Shown here: in pieces, positions 36,416-50,689 of the stretch | Numbering within the stretch: the stretch's first letter is position 1 | Layout of the letters: each line of letters begins with the position of its first letter | From: Azolla caroliniana | Taxonomy: Eukaryota > Plantae > Polypodiophyta | DNA length: 64,000 nt | Direction: 5' to 3' | NCBI GenBank assembly: GCA_043228905.1 | Contig: JBHGNT010000068.1 | Location: forward strand, 62,001-126,000 | Program-made: the position numbers and the translations under genes | Notes under the pieces: generated by a model | Database searches by the model: none | What the model saw: only the letters and a program-made list of their open reading frames with translations | What the model was told of the DNA's origin: nothing

Positions 36416-37653
36416 TAGTGTTGCCTTTTGACGGCCAACATTGCATGTCATGAGACCGGTATTCCAATATTTTTGCCCGTCAAATGATGGTTTGTCGAAA
36501 AAATTGCCCTTCAAAAAGTAAATACATTGAATATTCGTATTAAACAATATATTATACCCTTCTATCCTTTGCATCTTTCCTATTTTCATATACACAATCC
36601 CATTCTATTTCTTCAATGTGTGGCCCATTCAATGAGAATCACATTAAATCATCTAAATGTTCTATATTCAATCGGTTTCTTTTCATCTCTTTGATGAGAT
36701 TTTGCTTAGAGAACCCTCTCTCATACAAAACCGTGGTAGATGGAATAACCAAAGTAGTGTGCCATAATTTCATCAAATGAGGGAAACTATCTTGTCAATC
36801 CTTCATTTTGCAAAACATACGCCAAGCTTCATGCATAGTATAGCCTTCACAATTTAAAGTAAAGTGTCAACAAACCTATAGAGTTCCATTTCACAAGCCT
36901 TTGCATCATGTAAAAATTGAAGACATGCATTGACATCAATGATAAATGAGGGAAACTATCTTGTCAATCCTTCATTTTGCAAAACATACGCCAAGCTTCA
37001 TGCATAGTATAGCCTTCACAATTTAAAGTAAAGTGTCAACAAACCTATAGAGTTCCATTTCACAAGCCTTTGCATCATGTAAAAATTGAAGACATGCATT
37101 GACATCAATGATAAATTATAACTTGTGTGTGAGACTTGCAAAGTTATGGATGTATTCCATCAATGATCAATTATAACTTGTGAGTGAGAGAGAGGATGAG
37201 AAAGAAAGAAAGAACAAAGTACAACTTGATCAATGCAAAGAGCTTGAGAAAGAATTATAACTTGATCAAAGCAAGGGAGAGAGTGAGAGAGAAATAAAAA
37301 AAGAAGTAGAAACAAATGGAGAGAGAGAGAGAAAGAAACAAACAAAAGAGAGGAATGGGCTCAAAATAGGAGAAACCCTAAGTTTATTTTCCTTCTCTTT
37401 TATCATATCACATAACATATGTTTTACACATTTACTTTCCTTAAATAAAACTATATGCTATGGCCTATGAATTGTAATTTGTAACTACTAATACATGTAC
37501 TATTGTTTTGGCCTTAGCAAAATTTAAACCTTCATTTTTACGTTTTTATAAAATATATGCCCGTCAAGATTGACGGTTTCATTTTCAAATTAACCTTCAT
37601 ATACGGTTAAATTTGCCAAAAACGATCAAAACAACCGTCAAAAGGCAACACTA
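36416..37653. mobile_element. Non-autonomous hAT-type DNA transposon
   Basis: 19-bp perfect TIRs tagtgttgccttttgacgg / ccgtcaaaaggcaacacta; 8-bp TSD agtatgcc at 36408-36415 and 37654-37661; no transposase ORF. Confidence 0.9.
36775..37116. repeat. Apparently perfect 169-bp tandem duplication inside the hAT element
   Basis: aaatgagggaaactatc... starts at both 36775 and 36944. Confidence 0.9.
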
Positions 37654-38444
37654 AGTATGCCCAAGATGCTTGTTGAATTTGCTATTGTTTTCCATTACTA
37701 CTTGTCCAATTCAGTTTCCGTTGCATAACTTGATACTTTGAGCTCATGCAATGGTAGATGATTTGTTCACGTTCCTAGAAGATGAAACAGATAACATAAC
37801 TAAAGCCATTGAGGTGTTGCATTTGCATTGGTGTCAAGGTTGCACATGTAAGTTCGTTAGGGTTACACCATAGGAAATTTTGTTGATCTTGGATGACATG
37901 GCCAAATACTTGAAAAAGGTAATGTTTGTTGTCAATGTAAGCTACCCCATTGATGGTTTGTCTCAGCTTGTGAAATTTAGACTTGGATATTGGTACACAC
38001 ACTCCTAGATAAAAATAAGCGTTGAAAGTATTTCGTATTCCTATTTGCTACTCGATTCATAGTGGTAAAAGTAATAATGATTCCCATGATTTCTTTTTAG
38101 TAGGAATTACTACCTAATAAATCACTTCATTGATTTGCTCCTCCAGTAAAGAAAATGGTATGGAATAAATAAAGTGCAATGACTAACCTAAATAACTTGG
38201 GTTTCATGGAATCATATATGCAACCCAAAGAATTTTACAAATAGCAACCCTATTGAATATGGAAGAGCATACGGTTGCTTGAAGATCCTATTAAAAGTAT
38301 GTATTAGGAACTCAATCTTGGGTGAGCAAAAAATGTTCTCTTGTGACAAAAATATTGGTACTTACCAATGTAAAACAAGGATTAAAGCATCTAGTGTCAT
38401 GTTGTCAAAAGTGTTCGGTTATTTAAATGTTCAAAATTGATTAT

Positions 38445-38641
38445 GGTTTAATATTAGTGCTTTAGTAGCAAAGAAGTTTGAAATTGGTGAAGCAACAATC
38501 TCCAAAATGCTAAGTGTACAATATTAAGTCTCTAGGACAAAGGTTTAATATTAGTGCTTTAGTAGCAAAGAAGTTTGAAATTGGTGAAGCAACAATCTCC
38601 AAAATGCTAAGTGTACAATATTAAGTCTCTAGGACAAAGGT
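38445..38641. repeat. Apparently perfect 97-bp tandem duplication
   Basis: ggtttaatattagtgc...aggacaaa starts at both 38445 and 38542. Confidence 0.9.
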
Positions 38642-41076
38642 ACTAGCATTCTCATGGCTTTTGCATTGGAATGTAAAAGAAAATTTCAAGTATGGATTTA
38701 ATTGTTTTGTGAACTTGGCTTGGTAACTATCCAAATTGTGATTTTAGTGCATATAATCATCTAATGGCATTCTAAATTGTTTGAACCAAGTCCATATTTC
38801 TCCCAGATATGATCATTATTTTCTATGCCTATTATTGTGGCACATGGTTTGAAGTTGGTAGCAGATGAGTCCTAACAAGAGTAATTAAATAGCCAAAAAT
38901 CGATATTTGTGGTGCATAATATTGATTTTTATTGTAAGTTGATTCACGTTGTTGGTGTTAGGTTGGTGGTGAAGGTATTATTTACATGGACCATTACCTG
39001 GTTAGCGGTGGGTGGTTGCCTTTGGTAATGCCTTTAATATGCTAACACATTTTCAATAATTTTGTCCCTTTTCAATGGGTTTTTGTTTAGGGTACAAAAG
39101 GTTGTTTGTTTGATGGTTATCATCGAGCATCACAAGAAGTGCATAGGCTAAAATAAAATTAGATTCGGTTGTTCTCACATCTGAGCTCTGCGGGCACTTT
39201 ATCCTTAGAAGGGGTTCCCCTACATCAATTAGTCTTGCAACACCTGGAGGATTTTACCTCGCCATGTTTTCCTCACTATCACGAGGACAATAAGGTTATT
39301 TTAATTGTCACTATGCTTTAATTAATATATGTCCTCCTTTTTATGAAAATCAAAATTGAGAGAATCATTACAAAGTGAAATAGGTTTACATAATCCAAGC
39401 AATGATATATTGCTTCCTTATGACATGCATATAACTTAACAAATAGGAGACAGAACCGTACACATTTTAGCAATTTTAAGAGAGACACTTAGACTAAGAA
39501 ATCGCTCCTACATGTTGATTGGATGAGCTTCATTTTCTATTTAAAGTAAAATGTCCCGAGAGAGTCCAACTTTCACCGAATGTATACAATCTCGTTTATT
39601 CACGAAGTCATATCATTGCGTTTTCTCCATGTGGTCCATCTTATGGAGTTGTTCTCCCATTGCCTTCTTCGACAATGTTGGTAATGATTTGAAGTTGTGC
39701 CATTGTTACTCTACTTGGGCATATAGATGCTTTTTACAATCTTCCTATAGAGAGCATTTAGGTATAACATGTAAGAAGACGCACATCACAAGTTATTGGG
39801 GAACAATGTTTTTTGCTAGCGCTTTCATCGAATTGAGTTCCTAGGTGAGAGGAACCCAATTGCCCTCCTTCTCTCATGTGCCGGGGCACGACACCTCAAG
39901 GGCCATTAAAGGGTAAGCTCCATTGCAAAAGTGAGCGAAAAAGAAAACACTTAATGAAAAGAGGAAAAGATATCTCTTGATAATATTCCAAAAGCAAAAG
40001 TTGGAAATGACCGGTCCAATGGGCCCAGTCATGTGCTAGTGTCATGTTTTAGTTAGTTATGCACAAAGGGGCACAGGTCAATCAACTAATTGTAAAATGA
40101 AGGATGCATAATAAGTCAAGCGGATCAAATTGCAATAATGTAGTATTCAATATATATATGCGCACATGATTTAGGATTGACCAATCCTTTCCTATGGTTC
40201 ACTAGCAAGCCTTATTAACTAATCGAGGAATGAATAATGCAAATGCAAGTTAGTTAGTATGGTGGTAGTGGTGGTTGTCGTTGTTGGGTGGGACGAGACC
40301 ATCAAGCATATAATCGTGTTTCCATGCAATGCGCCTTTTCCAAAATTATAGCGAAGCGGAATATACGCTCTTTCTGGTCCATTCATTGGTAACAACAACA
40401 ATGACGACCACAAGAGACGTGCGAGCAACCCGCTATCCCCCCCACAAGTCTCACTTAGCACATACATACATACATGCTATAATACATACTATACATACAT
40501 CAGATATACATGCATACTATACATAGATGCATGCATACATGCATACTATACATACATACATACATACATGCATACACACATACATGCATGCATACTATAC
40601 ATACATACATACATAGTTTTATAATGAGGCCGAATGAATAACTTTATTTGGCTGGTGTCCTAGTCCTACATTTGTAACAGGGGATTGGAGCCCACCATGA
40701 TGGATAGATAGATTGATAATGATAGACTGATGAGAGAAAGAGAGGGAAAGAAGGGCCGCTCATCATGGCGTTAATGCCGTTAATTGAAGAGACTTAGAAT
40801 AATTGAAGAAAAGGACGGTGAGGACGACCCTTACCTCTCATGGGCTGCTGTGTGTCTGTCTGTACTTACTCTCCCTCATGGCCTTCATGATAGCAACGGC
40901 TGCAACTAGCAGGGACATTCATCCACCATATCTATAATATGTAATTACATACATACATACATACATATATATATATATATGTATGTACATACACACACAA
41001 GACAGACATTAAGAGGTTGCAACCACCGTGACCGCAAATACATACATACATACAAGCCTAATTTGAATTAAATACA

Positions 41077-42030
41077 ATGGCGGCAACACGTCCCCAAACA
41101 GCGCATCCCATGGTCTATAGTACCACCATTTCCGTGGCCGTGGCCTTGGCGTTGGTTGTGGTGTCCATATTTAGCTGTCCTGGCACTGATGCCGCCGGCG
41201 TGGGCGCTTGGGAGCAGGCACATGCGACCTTTTACGGCGGCTCCGATGCATCCGGAACAATGGGTACGTACTTGAATTTGCATGTTAAAACACAATAAAT
41301 ATATATTAGGTTTACACATCATCATCTGAATCAGAATCAGAATCATCGTGACCATGAGCCGCAATGCGCTTGATTGATTTGTGTGTACGTACATGTTACA
41401 GCCGGGGCTTGCGGCTATGGCGACTTGTACAGCCAGGGGTACGGCACCAACACGGCGGCGCTGAGCACGGCGCTCTTCAATGGGGGTGCCATCTGCGGTG
41501 CATGCTTCGAGATGCAATGCGTGGACGACCCGCAGTGGTGCGTGGCCGGGCAGCCATCCGTCATCATCACCGCCACCAACTTCTGCCCGCCCAACTACGC
41601 TCTGGCCAGCGACAACGGCGGGTGGTGCAACCCGCCGCGGCCGCATTTCGACATGGCGCAGCCGGCGTTCCTGCAGATCGCGGTGTACAGCGGCGGGATC
41701 GTGCCTGTTCGCTACCGCCGCGTGCCGTGCCAGAAGAAAGGCGGCGTCCGCTTCACCGTCAATGGGAACCCCAACTTCAACCTCGTGCTCTTCACCAATG
41801 TGGGCGGCAGCGGCGATGTGGTGGCGGCGGAGATGAAGGGCAGCCGATCCGGCTGGATCGCCATGGCACGCAATTGGGGCCAGAACTGGGAGTGCGGCGC
41901 CGTGCTCACAGGGCAGGCGCTCTCCTTCCGTCTCACCACGGGCGACGGCAGCGTGCTCACGTGTATAGACGTCTCCGATGCGAATTGGAGCTTCGGCCAA
42001 ACCTTCGAGGCCCTAGAGCAATTCGGATGA
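41077..42030 (+). CDS. EXPA: Alpha-expansin; exons 41077-41263 and 41402-42030
   Basis: Signal peptide, [14 protein letters not shown]|[53 protein letters not shown]; one GT-AG intron. Confidence 0.95.
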
Positions 42031-42444
42031 TTGGGAGCTACTTACTTACTGCTCACCACCACCACCTGGTACCACTATACTATCCCATCCATCCATCGGA
42101 CATCCCTTCCCATCCCATCCCATCCCATCAATCAATCAATCATCGTTTCTGTATACCATCAAAAAAAATAAAAAATAAGAATTGGCCGCACATTGCGGTT
42201 AATTTGGCTTCTTTCTTCCCCTCTCTCCAAACCTTAGAGAGGAGGGGTGCAGGGTGTATGTATGTACCGTACCCTATCTACACCACAGAAAACAGAACCC
42301 TCAACAAAAACAAGAATGCCCCCATATTTTTCCTATACCATCAATTCATAATGCACATACACACACATAGTACATACATACGTGTACACCACCATATACA
42401 TACATATCTCTTACAATCAATGGAGTCACGGTTTATTACTCCAT

Positions 42445-42484
<40 letters not shown>

Positions 42485-43889
42485 TCTCTCTCTCTCTCTG
42501 TGTTTGTTTTTTCTTGTCAATTTTCCCTTCCTTTCAATCTCTCTCATCTCTCCTTCCTTCCCTTCCAATTGTCTAATGTCACGTCTTCTACACCCCAACC
42601 AACGTGTGTCTCGATTACAACGGCGCTACGCATATCTCAAACATGCCATCTACCCTTACTGCCCCCAAGAACTCTGAAAACTATTCGAAAGTGTGCCGAA
42701 GAGAAATCCCATAGCTAACCTACAAGAAGATTCATTAGAATATGGGGGTTTTGAAACCTTAGGGTATCTGATACGATTCCATGCCACATATGGCAGCATA
42801 TGTCATTGTGCAGGCGAAGGGCAACGATATATTTTACGCAACTATAAAATTCGGACCATATTCTTGATGATAACTAATATCACATTTTGCAAACGATGGA
42901 AGTCATGTGATATCGGGGTGAGCGAATGTGTTGAGCAGGGAGATTCGATAGAATTTTCACTACCATCAAGAAATCCTTGCATTGCATGGGCATTAATAGG
43001 TGATGTTCAAAAAAGAATTTGTGACATCCACAATCTTTGGTACCTGGAACTCATTACTCATTACTATCACAGTGTAGATTCGATTTAGTCTACTCCATGT
43101 CGACCTATACTCATGGTGCAGTGTGGAAAAAGCTCATGTTTATTATATAATTTTGTGTTATTAATCATATTGGAATCTAAGTGTTGCATGCTTATCATTC
43201 TGACTTTGATAAGTGAGGATACTATGAAAATTGGCTGAAATTTGAGACCAATACTAGTTCCAATGGCTTCCTTCCTCGCCAAGGTTTATGGAATTATGGA
43301 ATGAAAAGTCCCACATGGGGATATTCAAACCATCAAATGCTCATATTCTAATATAAGTGGTTCATTATTCATAAGAGGGAAGGGGTGGCTTCGGTTTATG
43401 TAGGATATGAAACTAGTCAATAAGGTGACTGTTAGGTGGAATGCACATGTTGGCCAGTCATCAATGAATATATTGAAGGATAAATTAGTGGAAGAGTTAT
43501 TTACTCCATGGAAAATTTTGCATTTAAGGTATCACGATCCATTCCAACTTGCTATGGAAAGCAAGGATATTACAACCATGTAGAAACTGATTGGATTTCT
43601 GTGGATGGTGTACCTTTCTACAAGGTGCACCAATTCAGTTAGCCATGTGTTGGTATACCAGCTTGGATGAGATTCTCATAAACTGATAAAGATAGGAACG
43701 GGGATTTGAGGGGGTGTTGAAAGTTTGTACTATAGTAGATCACTTCAATTACCTAAAAAACAAGTCTCATCAATTACCTTCAAAAAGTCTTATAGATGTT
43801 GGCAAAGGTCAACCTCATTGCATCTAAATAGACATCAATATTTGGATGTAAAGAAATATTGATAATTAAAACTTAAACCATGTTAGTAT

Positions 43890-45293
43890 TTTTTTTTTTC
43901 CTTGAAAGATTTTCTTTAATATAAGTAAAAGTTATCTGCCCCTAGGCTTACAACATAGAATAAAAGACAATATAAAAACAACTTATACAAGGATGTTGAA
44001 CCTTAATACAGTACATTAACATCTTGTTTTTTATCAAGATGGAAGTTCATAGTTCCATTGAGGTCTTTGATTTGTCACTACAAAGAGAGGCACCTTCCTC
44101 CATAAGTGAAGAAGCTTCATCCTTCTTTTATGAATATTTTCTGGAGAACCATACATGTTATCATATTGCCCACGAACTATTGTGAACAATGTTTCCCATA
44201 TCTCAAGCAATACCTTTGAAAGACCAAGCTTTGTTGCATCGTAAAGTTGACTTGACTGCATCTACATTTCCATAATACCCATAATGTTATCGTCGTCACA
44301 GTTATCCAAACCTGGACAAATTGCACCTGCTTTCGAGGTTGTTGAAACGAACTAAGCAATATCAATCTTCTGTTATGTATCTTCATGGCTTCTTGTATAT
44401 CGTCTGCCTCATACAACATCAAGCTAGAGTGCAAAATTCCCCACACTGTTGCTGCCCATGAGAACAAGCAACCAACATTGATCGTTAGGAATAACGAAAA
44501 AACTTTATTCCATACTTGTTGAGCCAGGGAACAAGACCAGAGGGCATGCTTAGTAGTCTCTGGCGTTGCATAGCAAAATCCACCTTGACTGAGATTATGT
44601 GCTACATTCCCTTTTAACGTCTGGCCAACTAGTAATGTTGCATGCACTAATAGCCATCTAAAAAGAATATGTCCAGAACCAACCCCCTGGATCCCATAGT
44701 AGTCTTGCAATAGGTTCTTTTGCATACAACCACATCATATCACACATATGAGCGATAGAAGGATAAGGATCAAGCAACCACTTCTTTCGCATTTTTGCAA
44801 GCACTCTAACTGGTGCATTCCACGCATGCTGAAAATAGTTGCAGTCACATGCATGATGCTGCATTCTATTGTTATCAAGAACCTCAAAATAAGAAATGCA
44901 CCCATTAGGTGAGATACCCTTGAGAGCCAACAATATATCATTTATGAAGCATCCAAACAAAAAATGCTCGTGTATGGGTTTGAAGGTCATCGTTAATGAA
45001 GAATATGACGCTGAAATAGCAATTGTCATTACCTTGGCTCCATGAAGAGTTTGTAAATGCGCAAGCCAATCTGCTTGTGACATCTGTTGGAATTGAATAC
45101 AAGTGCTTACAGATGCAGTTGGCCCATTATCCAGTTTACCCTAGGCAAGGTGAGTTCTAGGACCCACCACTTTTTCCTATATTATCCCGAAATAGAGAAT
45201 TTCCAAGGAGAGGCTGATTAAGCAATGCATCCCAAGTAGAAGACTTCTCCTTAATTAGATGGCTTGATCCCATCCTACGCCCTTATTATTCCT
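43890..45293 (-). mobile_element. 5'-truncated degenerate L1-type LINE insertion
   Basis: Poly(A) tail (T-run at 43889-43899); 14-bp TSD with one mismatch, aaccatg(t/a)tagtat, at 43876-43889 and 45294-45307; frameshifted zf-RVT remnant ETTKHALWSC...WVLWKCRC...PQWNY. Confidence 0.8.
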
Positions 45294-45324
45294 AACCATG
45301 ATAGTATATATTGTGGTGTGTGTG

Positions 45325-45378
45325 TGTAAAGAATCGGGTATGATTCTTGTGTAGCGGAATAGGTGTGAACTGTGTGTG

Positions 45379-45442
<64 letters not shown>

Positions 45443-48400
45443 TTAAGCTTGAGCTCTTGGGATTGAAATTAGTAACTGTTTTGACAAGTTTATTGTTTCA
45501 CCATTATAATCCTTCATCATGTTATAATGTTATGAGGATTATTGCTCCACACTTGGGAGAGTATAAAGGAGGTGAGATGCCTATAGGATCAGTAAGGCAC
45601 AAAGTATACACAAGGTAGATTATATTAACAAAGGAGAAAGACTCAACAACATACAAAGTGGGAGGAGGGTGCTTTATATAGTCACCCTCTCTCTTCATTA
45701 ACTACAAGACTCATGGAGCATGGGGAATGTGAAAGCTCATAAGTTATGTGGCATAGAATATGATTCTATGACTCATACTAAATGTTAGAATACAAAGAGG
45801 TGACATAATGGTGACCCTTGACCGCTGGAGTGTCTATTCACTCTCAAGGTGAGTTCACACACTAGACCAAGTTGAGCTTGATTCTCAACACGCCCCCTCA
45901 AGCTCAAGTTGGGTCGGTTTCAGACGGTATCTGAAATCCGCTTCGACTTGCGTTTCGGAGTCCGCGTCGACTCGCGCCAACTCGCATTTATGCGGAGTTG
46001 CGGAATCCGTGCTCCAGCTTGCGTTGTGCGTAGTTGCGAAGTCTATGCTTCGACTTGCGTCTTTCTTCGTGGCTTTGCGTGGTAGATCGGCTTTTCGCGG
46101 CTTCGTTGCGTAATCCACGCATTATTGCGTAGTGCACAGTTTGCGGAATCCACGCGTTATTGCATAATGTCTTCAGTACTCCCCCACAAGCTTGGCAGGT
46201 CAGGGGTCGTCAATCCGAGATCGGTCATGAATTGCCATAGCTTGTTGGCTCCTAAGTCTTTAGTGAAGATTTCAGCCGTTTGAAGATTGGTGCTAATGTG
46301 TTGTAGGTTGACATCGCCAGCTAGAACGCGCTCTCGGATAAAGTGATAGTGCACTTCGATGTGCTTTGTCCGCGTGTGGAACACCGGGTTCCGAGCTAGA
46401 GAGATACTGCTCATGTTGTCGCAATAAAGGGAAGTTGGATCCTTGATGGGTACGCCCAGATCCTTGAGTACCCTTTTGAGCCATACGGCTTCACATGCGG
46501 CCACTGGCGCGCCCCTGTATTCGGCCTCTGTGCTCGAAAGAGCGATGGTTGGTTGCTTTTTGCTGCCCCAAGATATTGCTCCGCTGCCGAGGGAGAAAAC
46601 AAATCCGGAGGTTGATCTTCTATCGGCTTTTTAGCCGGCCCAATCGGCGTCTGTGTACCCCTCGAGTCGTATTCGCATCGCGGTCTTGTAGAGGATGCTG
46701 CAATCCATTGTGCCGCTCACGTATCGTAGAACTCACTTAGCGCAATCCAAGTGAGTATCACACGGTGTTTGCATGAATTGGCTAAGGAGACCGACCAGAT
46801 AACTGAGATCGAGTCGAGTGATCGTGAGGTAGATGAGACTCCCAATGAGTTGCCGATATTGAGTCGGTTCACACGCTTTGGTGCCGGAGTTCGCATCTAG
46901 TTTGAGATTGCGATCGAGTGGGGTTGCGACGGATTTGCACTTAGCCATACCGAACTTGTATAACAAGTTGAGGATGTAGTGCCGTTGAGAAATCATGATT
47001 CCAGTTGGGGTCCGAATTACCTTGATGCCGAGGAAGTAATGGAGTTCCTTCATGTCCGTCATCTCGAGATTTGACCTTATTGATTTCGATGAGATGCTCA
47101 CCTCCAATGACTAGGTCATCCACATATAAGATGATGACGATCGGACTTGCGGAATCGCTTCGTATGTAGAGGGAGTTGTCCGATTTTGACATACGGAAGC
47201 CGATTTCATGAAGATATTGCGTTATCTTCGAATGCCAAGCACGCGGTGCTTGCTTGAGGCCGTAGAGTGGCTTCTTGAGTCGGCATATAGCTTTCGGATG
47301 GGTGCTCGAGTTGAAGCTGGGTGGTTGTATCATGTACACCTCCTCTTCTAATTCGCCTTGTAGAAAGGCGTTCTTGACGTCCATTTGATGGAGGTGCCAC
47401 CCTTTCGCTGCGGCAAGCGCAATTACGGTCTGTACCGCTGTCATCTTTGCCACCGGGGCAAAGGTCTCCTCGTAGTCAACTCCGTGCATTTGGGCGTAGC
47501 CTTTCACTACGAGTCACGCTTTGTAGCGGTTGACGGAATCGTCGGCGTTGTAAATCCATCTGCATCCAATCGCCTTTTTATGTGGTGAGGTGGGAACGAG
47601 ATCTCACGTGTCGTTCTTCCGTAGTGCCTGCATCTCCTCGTTCATGGCTTCTATCCATCGCAGATCCTTGGCTGCTTCGGAAAATGTTTCCGACTCGCGT
47701 ACTGTCGCCACCTTCATCATAAAGGCATAGTGATATGCCATGTTAGTCATTGTAGCCGAATTGGCTAACCGGATTCTTTTCATGGGTGGAGCGACGGAGC
47801 TTTTCATTTGCAAAGATGAGGGCTTTCTTAGTTCCGATTGTTACATTGAAGCCGTTGAACTCACTGTCGAGTGAGTGAATCGACTCATCGTTGTTAAAGC
47901 GATCGTCTGCGTATTCCGCCATTTTTGCGTTGCCTTTGTCCATCTTCGGGCTACGCCATGATGTGCTTTGATCGCTCAAAGGCTCTTGTGGTCCACTCAT
48001 TCGGGTCGTGATCGGACTTTCTTCGAACATGCACGTAAGGCGATCTTCATCCTCTAACTCTTGTTCGGCGAATTCCGGGTCGAGCGGAGTCGGAGTCAAA
48101 GTTGTCTCTGCTGCGTACTAGGATGCAGACTCGTCAAAAACGACATCTTGACTTACTCGAGATTTCCGAGTTGGGGGGTTGTAGCACTTGTACCCCTTTT
48201 GCTCCAATGAGTATCCCACAAGGATACATTTCTCCGACTTCGGATCAAGCTTTTGACGCTTCTCGTCGGGGATGTGCACGTACGCTATCGTGCCGAATAT
48301 CCGGATCTGCGATAAGTCTGGCTTCTTTCCGAAGTGTTTTTCGTGCGGAGTGACCTCGTGCATGCTAGATGTTGTGCACTGGTTCATTAGGTAGACGAAC

Positions 48401-50639
48401 GTATTTGCAGCTTCGGCCCAATATAACTTGGGCATATGCTTCTCATTCATCATGGCCCGCGCTACTTCGAGGATGTGCCGATTTTTGCACTCGGCTTCTC
48501 CGTTTTGTTGCGGAGTGTGTCGGCTAGTGAATTCTCGTCGAATTCCTTCCTTTCGGAGATACGCCATGAAATCGTTCGAGAAGTACTCCTTGCCACCATC
48601 CGGTCGAAGACAACGTACATGTCGGTCCATGGCTTTCTCGACTTCATTCTTGAATGTTTGGAAGTGTCCGAACACTTCGCTCTTTTGCCGCATCGGGTAT
48701 ATCCAAGTGTGGCTAGAGAAATCATCGATGAAGAGCACGTAATATCGGCATCCGTCGAATGTAGCCGTCTATGCCGATCCCCATACATCAGAATTGACTA
48801 CGTCGAGTAGACCTTTGCTCATATTCCGCTCTTTCGGGAATGGGTGTCGTTGTTGCTTGCCAAATTGGCATGCTTCGCATACACCTTCAATCTCCTTCTC
48901 TTTGAATGTCGAGAGTCTGATGACGACTCCTTTCGATTTCATTGCTTTGAGCTTTTGGAGATTTATAGGGCCAATTCGCTTGTGCCATAGCTCTATGTCA
49001 GAGTCGGTTTTCGTGCTTTTTGCGAACATGGCGGATTTCATTTTGTGTGAATCGAGAATGAACATCTGGCCCTCTCTTCTTCCGCGCGTGATGATTCGGC
49101 CCTCTTTTTCGATGAAGCACCTTTCTTGGTCGAATCGTACTTGCATCCCTTGCTCAACCATTTGACCGACTGAGACCAAATTCTTCGTGATGGTGGGAAC
49201 ATGCAAGACATTTTTAATGTATGTTTGCTTACCTCTTTCGCCAAACGGAACATTGCCGATGTGCCGAATCGGGTGCGTAGTGTTGTCTCCGGTTTCGATA
49301 TAACCGGGTCGCTCCGGCTCTCGAAGTTCGAGAAACCATTCTTTGTGGGATTTCATATGGTTTAAGGCTCTGGAGTCCACAAACCATCCATCCTACAGAT
49401 TGAGGGCACGATTTGAGGTCAAGGCCGACATAGAGTTTGCTCTATGTTTCATCATGAACATTCCGCCACAGTCGGAGTTGCGTGCATAAATTCCGCCACG
49501 ATCTTCGTAGTCGGAGTTGTTCTCGTACATTCCACTATACTCTTCGTAGTCGGAATTGTGCACGTAATTCGTGAGGTCAGCTTGTGGAAGCCGATTCACG
49601 CATCTTCTTTTGGCACTCTTCTTCGTGGTGGCCGAGCTTTCCGCAATATCTGCATTCGGTTGCGTTTTAACGGCTCCGGCCGGAGTGGAAGCTCCCCCTT
49701 CTTGCAAAGGTTCCTCGTTGGCTTCCGTTTTGCGGCCGAAATTGGGAGTTCGCCTCGTTCGCCTTGTCCTTGGCCGAATCGGCCTCTCGACCGTTCGCGT
49801 CCTCTTCATCCGTTCAAGTGTGTGTAGAGCATGTGGCCTTCTGACTCATTGCTCCTTGTACGCACGTTGTTTTCTTTGACCAATAGCATTGATTCGAGCT
49901 CGAAGAAGGAGGGAGCTTTCTCTCGTGCTAGAACGGCGGTTCGCATCGCGCCAAACCGTGGTGCGAGGCCGCCGAGGCATATTTGAACCATCTCATCATC
50001 ATCGATATTTACGCTTATTGAGCCGAGCGAATCGCAAAGCTCCTTGATCTTCGAGGTGTATGTCGTGATGGACATGTCCCTTTGTTGAATGTTGTTCAAC
50101 TCTTGGCGGAGTTGAAGCCTTCTTGCGGTTGTGTTCGCCACGAAAATCTTTCGTAGATTTTCCCATGCCTCCTTCGGCGTCTTGGCTTCGCGAATGTAGC
50201 CAAGCATGTGATCGTGAACACATGTCGCCAAGAAATACATCACCCGGCTTGCGGCTTGCTCCCATGTCGCGTATCCGGGAGCCACTTCGGCGGGTCGGTC
50301 TTCATGCACTCCTTTGATGTAGCCCCAATAGCCTTGTCTGACAAGTTATTGGTGCATCTTGTACTCCCAAGATGCGAAGTTATTTCAATCCAACTTCTCG
50401 GTAGGGAGAGCGCTCCCCATTTGAGTATTCATTATGTCGATTCTTCTTCTTCTTCTTCTCTCTTCGAATGTGAGCTATGTAGTGAAGCTACGATAGCGAT
50501 GAGCCGGTTCTTGGTCGTCGGCGTGGAGCACAACACACGATCACGATGAGGCGAATGGGCTAGATCGAATTACCAAATCGCTCTGATACCATGTAAAGAA
50601 TCGGGTATGATTCTTGTGTAGCGGAATAGGTGTGAACTA

Positions 50640-50689
<50 letters not shown>

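Noticed and set aside
41364-42677. 437-aa plus-strand ORF and 310-aa antisense ORF over the expansin
   Set aside because: Shadow frames caused by high GC3, running on into microsatellite 3' sequence; no recognisable motifs.
42690-43860. Possible highly degenerate Gypsy integrase remnant on the minus strand
   Set aside because: Only a faint motif resemblance; needs tBLASTn or an HMM search to support it.
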